A stretch of DNA of 64,000 nt from an uncultured Bacteroidota bacterium (lineage in GTDB: Bacteria; Bacteroidota; Bacteroidia; Flavobacteriales; Flavobacteriaceae), in NCBI GenBank assembly GCA_902606525.1, contig CACLGW010000001.1, positions 11,303 to 75,302 on the forward strand, in the 5' to 3' direction. The position numbers and the translations under genes were made by a program. Each line of letters starts with the position of its first letter. Position 1 is the first letter of the stretch. Of the stretch, positions 1-7,497 are shown in pieces. The notes under the pieces were generated by a model, which made no database searches, had not been told where the DNA came from, and saw nothing but the letters and a program-made list of their open reading frames with translations.

Positions 1-635
1 CAGACTTTCTTTACAAAGCAAGAATAATTGGTTCAAATGGCTTTCAAGATGAAATTACTTTTAATAATATTGGATATACACTTAACAACTTAGCACCTGG
101 AAATTACGATATTTGTATTTATTCGGATCGTTTTTTAGATTTTGAATATTGTTTTCAAACTCAAATTAATACTCCAGAAGAGTTAAAAGTTCAAGCAATT
201 TATAATCCCCATCTTGGCATTTTAAATTTAGAGATGTTTGGAGGTAATTCTTATAAAGTTTATTTAAATGGTCAACCTATTAAAACAACAGTTAAAAATT
301 CGGTTCAATTACCTCTCAAAAATAAGATTAATAGAATTTTAGTAGCAACAGATAAAATATGTCAAGGAACTTTTGAAGAATGGATCAATCTTGATAAACA
401 AGCTAAAGTATTTCCAAACCCAGTAAGAGATAATGTAAATATTATCTTACCAAGGGGTTCGAGTGCCAACCTAAATCTTTTTACTGGCTCTGGAGATATT
501 TTATGGACTCAAGAAGGTGCTATTAAGAATCAAAGGTCAATTTTGATACCGATGAGCAATATGCCTGCAGGCTGGTATATTTTACAAATTGATTATGGAA
601 ACTATATTGAAACCCGAAAGCTACTTAAGGAATGA
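1..635 (+). CDS. Secreted protein, C-terminal fragment with a T9SS type A C-terminal sorting domain (5' end lies outside the window)
   Basis: Frame 3 is open from base 3 to the TGA at 633-635, so track ORF 234..635 is only the part after an internal Met. The C-terminus VFPNPVRDNVNIILP...GWYILQIDYGNYIETRKLLKE fits the Por/T9SS CTD pattern. Confidence 0.7.
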   Translation, partial: DFLYKARIIGSNGFQDEITFNNIGYTLNNLAPGNYDICIYSDRFLDFEYCFQTQINTPEELKVQAIYNPHLGILNLEMFGGNSYKVYLNGQPIKTTVKNSVQLPLKNKINRILVATDKICQGTFEEWINLDKQAKVFPNPVRDNVNIILPRGSSANLNLFTGSGDILWTQEGAIKNQRSILIPMSNMPAGWYILQIDYGNYIETRKLLKE

Positions 636-1303
636 AAAAGATTGTAACAGTTTTTTTATTGTTTTTTTTGAGTTGTGGTCCAGATCCAATTCCAGATCCT
701 GAAGCTGTCATTTTGTTAGCTCCAGAAAACTTTGATACTTGTTCTACAGCTACCAGAGTAAATGATATAGAGCGCGAAGTTAGTTTTCAATGGACAACTG
801 GACTATTTGCTGAAAGTTATGAGTTGATTATACAAAACAGCCTAACTGAAGAGAGTTTTAATTTAAATACATCATTATTAAATGCTTCAGTAATTTTACC
901 GGGAGCAGCACCTTATCAATGGTTTGTAAGATCAAAATCGACTCTTACTCCAGCAACTTCAGATAGTTCATCCTGGCAATTTTATCTTGAAGGAGATACA
1001 AATAGTAGTCATTTTCCCTTTCCAGCTAATTTATTAGTTCCTCAAGACAAAACAACTATAGTCTTAAATAACAATAGTTTTAATCTAGAATGGCAAGGGA
1101 ATGATCTGGATGATGATATCATCTTTTACGACCTTTATATAGGGAATGATCCTACTCAACTTATTTTAAAAAAGGTAAAAATTGAAACAACTCAAACTGC
1201 TGTACTCTTAGAGCCTGGCTCATTATATTATTGGCAAATTATTACTCATGATAAAAGCCAAAATCAATCGAAATCTTCAATTTTTAGTTTTCAAACGGAT
1301 TGA
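632..1303 (+). CDS. Lipoprotein of unknown function, FN3-like beta-sandwich halves
   Basis: Signal peptide with lipobox (FFLSCG). ATGA start/stop overlap with the upstream gene. Two similar halves (YQWFVRS / YYWQIITHD). No catalytic motif recognised. Confidence 0.6.
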   Translation: MKKIVTVFLLFFLSCGPDPIPDPEAVILLAPENFDTCSTATRVNDIEREVSFQWTTGLFAESYELIIQNSLTEESFNLNTSLLNASVILPGAAPYQWFVRSKSTLTPATSDSSSWQFYLEGDTNSSHFPFPANLLVPQDKTTIVLNNNSFNLEWQGNDLDDDIIFYDLYIGNDPTQLILKKVKIETTQTAVLLEPGSLYYWQIITHDKSQNQSKSSIFSFQTD

Positions 1304-1305
1304 TT

Positions 1306-1872
1306 TTATTTTCCATTAAATTTATTCATCGAAGAATTAAGACCTTCTAGCCCAAAGTTTATTACAATCTGAGTGCAAAGCTCTATCCTTTTTTTAATTT
1401 GTTCTTGTTCATCTTTGTTCCAATTATCAAGAACAAACTTTATTTGATCAAATGTTTTCTTTTCTTGACCAATACCAAATCTCAGTCTAGCATAATTGGG
1501 AGTATTTAACTCAGATTCAACGTTTCTTAATCCATTGTGTCCGGCAGCACTGCCTTTTCCTCTGATACGCAAAGTTCCAAATGGCAAGTGTAAATCGTCA
1601 GTAACAATTAAAATATTTTCTATATTAATTTTTTCTTTAAGAGCCCAGTATTTTACTGATTTACCACTTCGATTCATGAAAGTAGTTGGTTTAATTATGA
1701 TAAATTTTTTACCCTTTTTTTTGAATGTAGAATAACTTGCAAGTTTTTTTGTTTCCCATAAAGCTTTGTTTTCTTCAGCTATATGATTAAGAATTTTAAA
1801 ACCAATATTGTGACGTGTATTATTGTACTCTAAACCAATATTTCCTAAACCAACAATTAAAAATTTCTTCAT
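1306..1872 (-). CDS. pth: Peptidyl-tRNA hydrolase
   Basis: LIVGLGNIGLEYNNTRHNIGF and GHNGLRNV motifs. Track ORF extends to 1920, but the Met at 1872 (MKKFLIVGLGN) gives the canonical N-terminus. Confidence 0.92.
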   Translation of the reverse strand: MKKFLIVGLGNIGLEYNNTRHNIGFKILNHIAEENKALWETKKLASYSTFKKKGKKFIIIKPTTFMNRSGKSVKYWALKEKINIENILIVTDDLHLPFGTLRIRGKGSAAGHNGLRNVESELNTPNYARLRFGIGQEKKTFDQIKFVLDNWNKDEQEQIKKRIELCTQIVINFGLEGLNSSMNKFNGK

Positions 1873-1930
1873 ATCCGATGAAGGTTGTTTCTTTTTAAAT
1901 ATTCTATTTAAGAATTGCATTCTCTAAAGT

Positions 1931-1964
1931 AAAAAAAGCATGTCGTTATTCAGCGACATGCTTT
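1931..1964 (-). terminator. Rho-independent terminator after rplY
   Basis: 11-bp stem AAAGCATGTCG / CGACATGCTTT with an 8-nt loop. On the minus strand it is followed by a T7 run (A-run 1931-1937 on plus). Confidence 0.65.
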
Positions 1965-1988
1965 ATAATTTATTTTTTAAAAAAATAT

Positions 1989-2651
1989 TTATTCTTTTTT
2001 GGCAGCACCTTCAGCACCACCCTCAGCAACACCTTCAGAAGATCCTTCAGCAGCTCCTTCAGCTTCCTCAAGTTCTTCTGAAACTTCCTCTTCAACTATA
2101 GAGGCTCTAGATGTCCTAACTTGACAAACAACAGTATTGTCTGGATGAAGAATTGAGTAGGAGTTATTTTGTAGGGATTCAGTATAGATTTTACTACCTA
2201 ACTCTAATTTAGAAATGTCAACGGTTATAAAATCAGGTAAATTAGCTGGAAGCGCTTTAACACGAAGCTTCCTCTTGTTACGTGATAAAACTCCACCACT
2301 GATTATAACTCCTGGTGCGGAGCCCTCGAGCTTAACTGGAATATTCATCGAAATTTCTTTATCATCAAATAATTGATAAAAATCAGCATGTAAAATTTTA
2401 TCAGTTAATGGGTGAAATTGAATATCTTGGAGGATAGCATTAATTTTGCTATTATCCCCAAGAATAATTTCCACCGTGTGGGCGTTTGGGGTATAAACCA
2501 GTTTACTGAAATCAAGTTCCAGTGATGAAAAATGAAGAGGATCACCTCCTCCATACAATACACACGGAACTCTGCCAGCATTACGTAAAGCTTTGGTAGC
2601 AACCTTGCCTACGCTTTCTCTTTTAGATCCTTTAATGGTAATAGATTTCAT
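1989..2651 (-). CDS. rplY: 50S ribosomal protein L25 / general stress protein Ctc, with an acidic Gly/Ala/Glu C-terminal tail
   Basis: N-terminal ...[28 protein letters not shown]... is typical of L25/Ctc. Sits in the conserved prs-rplY-pth neighbourhood. Confidence 0.9.
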   Translation of the reverse strand: MKSITIKGSKRESVGKVATKALRNAGRVPCVLYGGGDPLHFSSLELDFSKLVYTPNAHTVEIILGDNSKINAILQDIQFHPLTDKILHADFYQLFDDKEISMNIPVKLEGSAPGVIISGGVLSRNKRKLRVKALPANLPDFITVDISKLELGSKIYTESLQNNSYSILHPDNTVVCQVRTSRASIVEEEVSEELEEAEGAAEGSSEGVAEGGAEGAAKKE

Positions 2652-2665
2652 TAGATTTTAATTAG

Positions 2666-3598
2666 CTACATTATAAATTTTGAACTTATTGACTTATTTG
2701 AGTGCACATTATGCATTACCTCAGCAAATAATGGGGCGCAAGATAATACTTTTACTTTATTGTGGCTAATTCTAGAAGGAATAGAATCTGTAACAATCAA
2801 CTCTTCAAGATCTGACAGTTCAATTTTATTGTAAGCATCACCTGAAAGAAGTGCATGGGTACAAATTGCCCTTACTGAAATTGCTCCACGTTTTTTCATT
2901 AAATCAGCAGCTTTAGTAAGGGTGCCAGCGGTATCAACCATATCGTCCACAAGGATTACATTTTTACCCTTCACATCACCGATTAATTCCATATGAGAAA
3001 TAACATTTGCTTTTTCTCTTTGTTTATAGCAAATAACTACATCACTAGTTAAAAACTTGGAATAAGCATAGGCTCTTTTAGAACCACCCATATCAGGAGA
3101 TGCTATAGTTAAATTTGAAAGTTTCAATGATTCAATATATGGCAAGAATATTGTTGAAGCATAAAGGTGATCAACTGGTTTTTCAAAAAATCCTTGTATC
3201 TGATCTGCATGAAGATCCATAGTTATTATTCTAGTTGCTCCAGCAGTTTCTATAAGTTTTGCAATTAGTTTAGCTCCTATTGGAACCCTAGGCTTGTCTT
3301 TTCTATCTTGCCGAGCCCATCCAAAGTACGGTATTACAGCAGTAATGTGTCTAGCAGACGCTCTTTTTGCTGCATCTAACATCAATAACATTTCCATTAA
3401 GTTTTGAGAAGAAGGTTGAGTAGAGCCAATAATAAAAATACGGGCTCCGCGAACAGATTCTTCAAATGATGGCTGAAATTCACCATCACTATATTTAGAG
3501 AAATTGACTTTTCCAACTGATTCACCAAATTTTTTAGCAATTATGCTGGCAAGTTCAGTACTTTGGGTACATGTAAAGATTTTAGCAGAAGTTTCCAT
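2666..3598 (-). CDS. prs: Ribose-phosphate pyrophosphokinase
   Basis: Motifs YFGWARQDRK, DLHADQIQGFF and ILVDDMVDTAGT (PRPP-binding loop). Confidence 0.95.
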   Translation of the reverse strand: METSAKIFTCTQSTELASIIAKKFGESVGKVNFSKYSDGEFQPSFEESVRGARIFIIGSTQPSSQNLMEMLLMLDAAKRASARHITAVIPYFGWARQDRKDKPRVPIGAKLIAKLIETAGATRIITMDLHADQIQGFFEKPVDHLYASTIFLPYIESLKLSNLTIASPDMGGSKRAYAYSKFLTSDVVICYKQREKANVISHMELIGDVKGKNVILVDDMVDTAGTLTKAADLMKKRGAISVRAICTHALLSGDAYNKIELSDLEELIVTDSIPSRISHNKVKVLSCAPLFAEVMHNVHSNKSISSKFIM

Positions 3599-3706
3599 TT
3601 GAATAATTATGTCACAAATTTAGAAATAAATTTCTCTGGGAATACCTTAAACTTTAAAACCTTTGAAGAAATAATTTACTATTTTTAATGCATTACAAAA
3701 ATTATT

Positions 3707-3788
3707 GCCTCGGTGGCGGAATTGGTAGACGCGCTGGATTCAAAATCCAGTTCTCTTGAGAGTGTGGGTTCGATTCCCACCCGAGGTA
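3707..3788 (+). tRNA. tRNA-Leu (anticodon CAA), long variable arm, CCA not encoded
   Basis: Cloverleaf folded by hand. Acceptor GCCTCGG/CCGAGGT. Anticodon stem CTGGA/TCCAG with loop TTCAAAA. T-arm GGGTTCGATTCCCAC. Discriminator A. Confidence 0.9.
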
Positions 3789-3856
3789 CTAACATTTTTG
3801 CAACGAATTATATTCAAATGATATGGATTTTATTACCTGAATATTGAAAACATATT

Positions 3857-4354
3857 TTATTTATTAATAACACGAACATACCTAATAAAGCCTTTTCCAT
3901 TTACTTGACTCGAAACGCTTTCTGTTGTTAATTTAAACTGGACATCCTCTTTGAAATATTCTTGGTCTTCAACCGCTGTTTCAAATCTTATGCTATAGCC
4001 AGAATTTATTTTTTCATCACTAATTTTTATAATACTAACAGCTCGCTCACCCCCACTAATAGTTGCTCCAGAAATTCCATCAATATTAGGTCTCTTTTTG
4101 CCATAAAATTTCCACCATTCATAAATTTCACTAAACCATTCTTTATCTTTTCCATGTACATGAAGAGTCTTTTCGTAGTCTCCTTTGGGATTTATTAAGG
4201 AAACAACAACATAGGCACCCTCTCCATTATAATTAATCATTTGGATCAAGCATTTTAAATCGATATTTTCTGGAATTTTATTAAAAGATGTTAGGGCAAA
4301 AAATAATATTGTAAATAGAAAAGAGTAACGAATTTTTAATTTCATAACTTTCAT
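3857..4354 (-). CDS. DUF2271-like periplasmic protein
   Basis: Signal peptide. Pattern ...YVVVSLINPKGDYEKTLHV...WWKFYG...IDGISGATISGG... resembles DUF2271 (W..WW ... D.vSGAT). ATGA overlap with the upstream ankyrin gene. Alternative Met at 4345. Confidence 0.6.
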   Translation of the reverse strand: MKVMKLKIRYSFLFTILFFALTSFNKIPENIDLKCLIQMINYNGEGAYVVVSLINPKGDYEKTLHVHGKDKEWFSEIYEWWKFYGKKRPNIDGISGATISGGERAVSIIKISDEKINSGYSIRFETAVEDQEYFKEDVQFKLTTESVSSQVNGKGFIRYVRVINK

Positions 4355-5844
4355 TTTAGATATTCTATATTTTTATTCTTTAAAAGTTCATTTTCTTGTG
4401 CCAGAGTAAATGCTGTTTCATCGAACTCTGTCTTTATATTTTTATCGGCACCTTCATTTAATAAATATTTTATAATAGACTCATCTTTGGCCATCATTGA
4501 AGCTAAATGAAGGACTGTATAACCACTATTATTTAGCGCGTTAATGTCTATCCCAAATTGTGATAAGCGTCTTAATAATTCTAAATTGTTTTTTTTTGCT
4601 GCGATATGTAATAAAGAATTTCCATCGTTTTGCTTTTGATTCATTGATAAACCTCTATTTATCAAAATTTTTAATTTCTCTTCAAAACTTTTTTCGTCAC
4701 TTTTTTCAAATGTATTTACTAGATAAAAAGCTAAAGTATTTCCTTTTGTATCTTTTAAATGGATATTACACCCTTTAGTTAATAAAAAATCAATAACCTT
4801 GGATGAATTATTACTAACTGCCATAGATAATGCTGATTGGCCATTTTTATTTTTAGTATTTACATTTTTTACATGATCAATTAAAAATTGTACGACTCTA
4901 AGCTTGTTGCTGTTTGCAGCATTCATAAATGGAGATACTCCTTCGTTATCTTGTAAATTTATATCTACTCCTTCTTTCATGAAAAATGAAAAAATATCTA
5001 GATCATTATTCTTTTTTGCAATAGTATGTAGGGGATTTTGTCCATTATCATCTGTAACATTGATAGCTATTCCCAGACTTTTAAGGTATTTATATGTTTC
5101 TATTGGATTTTGAAAATTTCGTAAGCCTTTACTAGCATATAAAACTGCATTTCCACCTTCAATATTAATAATATTTGGACTTATTCCTTTTTTGAGTAGT
5201 AGTTTCAAAAAAGAAATATTGCCCGATTTAACAGCATAGTTAAAAATGTTGTTTCCTTTAGGGTCTCTGGATTTGATATCAAAACCTTTAGAAATAAAAT
5301 AATTAAGCTCATTTTCTGTTTTTAAATAAGGGGCGATAAGTAATAAAGAATTAACGCCATTTTTATTTACTTCATGACCAAGAATTACTCCATATTTTTC
5401 AAATAATTCATATACCTCTGTATTTTTTTGTCCTGTAGCGGCTGCAAATGTTACGGGGGTATTTCCATGACTGTCTCTTAAATTTATTTTTGCACCCTTT
5501 TCTATCAAGCGTTTCATTATCTCGATATTTCCTTTATATGCAGCCCAAAAAATATAAGTTCGACTATCATGAGTTTTTTTCTCAATACCATTACCTTCGA
5601 GTGTCAATAAATAATTTATTGTATCATCATTTGTTTTTTCCAAAAGGGCATATACCACGGAGTCAAAAGCATATTTATTTAATTCACTAGGATCATTTCC
5701 TTCAGAAATAAATTTCTTAACATTTTCGATAGATGGATTGGATTTCCAATAACTCCTTTTTAAAAAAATATTTTCTTGGGCTAAAATTAACGACGAATTT
5801 GAAAGAATAATTAATAGAATATTTAAGATTGATTTCATACTCAA
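4351..5844 (-). CDS. Exported ankyrin-repeat protein (about 12 repeats)
   Basis: N-terminal signal peptide. Repeated G.TPLH/A...G....V..LL..GA..N units run along the whole 497 aa. Confidence 0.85.
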   Translation of the reverse strand: MSMKSILNILLIILSNSSLILAQENIFLKRSYWKSNPSIENVKKFISEGNDPSELNKYAFDSVVYALLEKTNDDTINYLLTLEGNGIEKKTHDSRTYIFWAAYKGNIEIMKRLIEKGAKINLRDSHGNTPVTFAAATGQKNTEVYELFEKYGVILGHEVNKNGVNSLLLIAPYLKTENELNYFISKGFDIKSRDPKGNNIFNYAVKSGNISFLKLLLKKGISPNIINIEGGNAVLYASKGLRNFQNPIETYKYLKSLGIAINVTDDNGQNPLHTIAKKNNDLDIFSFFMKEGVDINLQDNEGVSPFMNAANSNKLRVVQFLIDHVKNVNTKNKNGQSALSMAVSNNSSKVIDFLLTKGCNIHLKDTKGNTLAFYLVNTFEKSDEKSFEEKLKILINRGLSMNQKQNDGNSLLHIAAKKNNLELLRRLSQFGIDINALNNSGYTVLHLASMMAKDESIIKYLLNEGADKNIKTEFDETAFTLAQENELLKNKNIEYLK

Positions 5845-5845
5845 A

Positions 5846-6775
5846 TTATTTTACAAAAGATTCTATCAAGGGATAAATTTGCTTTTTCTCATTTATCGAA
5901 TCGTCGAAGAGGTGTTTATACAATACTTTGTTATTTACTTTTTTCTCCAAAGAAAGGTCCTTGTTTCTTAGATATATTTCATTCCATTTCGCTCTAACTA
6001 TTGACCATTTTCTTGTATTGTCTTTCCACCAATTTGAGGCAACTGAACATCGGCTATCATCTACTCTCACATAAGCATTAAGCCCTTTTTCTTTTGCAAT
6101 AATAATGTCTTCCTTGCCCTCTTCACGAATTACTTTATCATTATCTTGATCATGTAACCAACCATAATCTTTTATTTCAATTCGATTACCTCGCATTGTT
6201 AGATTATAATCACTTCGAATTGTATATTCTCGCCTTGGTAATGGTGCTGAAGTTTTATTTTCCCAATAACTTTTTCCATCAACATGAACCCAAGATCCAG
6301 ATCCTTCATATCTAGGGCTGTCATCTACTTGATATACTTTTTGTGACCATTGTCCTTTAACCTCTTTTTGATTCCTTTTTTGGAAAACCCATTTGTTATT
6401 CGAATTATACATGTAGAAGTCGGTATTTTCATAAATCCAGTCCTGTCTCCAGTGTTTAACAACCATTGGATTTGATGGATCACCAACCTGTAAAATATGC
6501 TGAATCGATATTGAATTATTTTCATCAAGAACCAAACCGGCCCACTCTAAACCACTCATTACTTTTGTTTTTGAGGGCTGATATTCCTTATCATTTGAAT
6601 AGTTAAATGTCTCAGCAAAATTATAGTTGACCTCAAAACATCCACACATTTTTTTTATGGCTTGAGCATCTTGTTTCTGTTTTTTTTGGGCATTAGTTGA
6701 TATCATTACAAGAGCTAAAATTATTTTAGGAATTATTTTCATTGGTTGCGTTTTTGGATTGTTTTTCTGAAGCAA
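5846..6775 (-). CDS. Secreted protein of unknown function
   Basis: Long ORF with a signal peptide after the internal Met (MKIIPKIILALVMISTNAQ, alternative start 6742). One nt upstream of the ankyrin gene. Trp-rich (HWRQDWIYEN, GSGSWVH). Family not recognised with certainty. Confidence 0.6.
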   Translation of the reverse strand: MLQKNNPKTQPMKIIPKIILALVMISTNAQKKQKQDAQAIKKMCGCFEVNYNFAETFNYSNDKEYQPSKTKVMSGLEWAGLVLDENNSISIQHILQVGDPSNPMVVKHWRQDWIYENTDFYMYNSNNKWVFQKRNQKEVKGQWSQKVYQVDDSPRYEGSGSWVHVDGKSYWENKTSAPLPRREYTIRSDYNLTMRGNRIEIKDYGWLHDQDNDKVIREEGKEDIIIAKEKGLNAYVRVDDSRCSVASNWWKDNTRKWSIVRAKWNEIYLRNKDLSLEKKVNNKVLYKHLFDDSINEKKQIYPLIESFVK

Positions 6776-6814
6776 AAATAGTTATTTATATTTAGTCTTA
6801 ATAAGAATAATTAA

Positions 6815-6822
6815 TATATTTG
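6815..6822 (+). promoter_or_regulatory. Bacteroidota sigma-A type -7 box TATATTTG
   Basis: Exact TAnnTTTG, 26 nt upstream of the ATG at 6848. Confidence 0.45.
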
Positions 6823-6847
6823 TACTCAAAAAAGAAATATTAGTTAA

Positions 6848-7420
6848 ATGATAACAAAAAATCTGTTAGTTAAAATTTTCTTTTTAATGCTTTTTGGAAA
6901 TTTATTTGCTCAGGAAATGGAAAAAGATTCTATCAGTACAAAAATTCTTGATGAAGTTATAATGACTGCAACTAGATCCTTAAGACAATTATCTTCAATA
7001 CCATTGCCTGTAATTTTAATTTCAAAAGAAAAAATCAATCAATCGGGTACTATAAGGTTAAACGAAATTTTAGTTGAGCAAACTGGCATCAATATAGTTC
7101 AAGATGAGAGTGGTTTTAAAAGATTACAAATGCAGGGTATTTCGTCTGATTATATTCAGATGCTTATTGATGGTGTTCCTCTAATTGGCAGGAGATCGGG
7201 TAATTTTGATTTAAGCCGAATAACATTGGGTAATGTTAAGCAAATTGAAATAGTGAAAGGACCATCAAGCAGCTTATATGGTTCCGAGGCACTTGGAGGA
7301 GTAATAAATATTATAACAGAAGAATCCGAATCTGAGAAGATAAACGGAAATTTATCTTATCGTTTAGGAACATTTAATTTTGTGTATAATCCTAATCAAG
7401 GGGAAACATCCTTTGAATAA
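6848..7420 (+). pseudogene. TonB-dependent receptor truncated after the plug domain (190 aa; no beta-barrel)
   Basis: Signal peptide, then plug motifs (DEVIMTATR, IEIVKGPSSSLYGSEALGGVINIITEE). The ORF stops at 7420 just as barrel strands begin. Intact receptors in this window are 747-806 aa. No continuing frame before the SusC start at 7498. Confidence 0.7.
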
Positions 7421-7497
7421 GTCTTATTTATTAATTTATTTGTAATTGATATGTAGATTAAACTTTATATCTTGCGAATCCTTAAAAAAATTTAATA

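Noticed and set aside
1873-1920. N-terminal extensions offered by the ORF track: pth to 1920, HAD to 49608, SCP2 to 63538, second fucosidase from 60085, secreted protein to 6775
   Set aside because: Internal Mets give canonical N-termini or proper signal peptides: MKKFLIVGLGN, MIKAVIFDMDGV, MSLENIV, MFQKIFLLLMFITSC and MKIIPKIILALV. The extensions are hydrophobic or odd, and one runs through a regulatory palindrome. They remain possible alternatives.
3789-7497. Possible genomic island integrated at the 3' end of tRNA-Leu(CAA), ending at the truncated receptor
   Set aside because: There is no integrase, transposase or phage gene, and I found no direct repeat of the tRNA 3' end. The same holds downstream of the tRNA-Gly/tRNA-Leu pair at 45173-45338.
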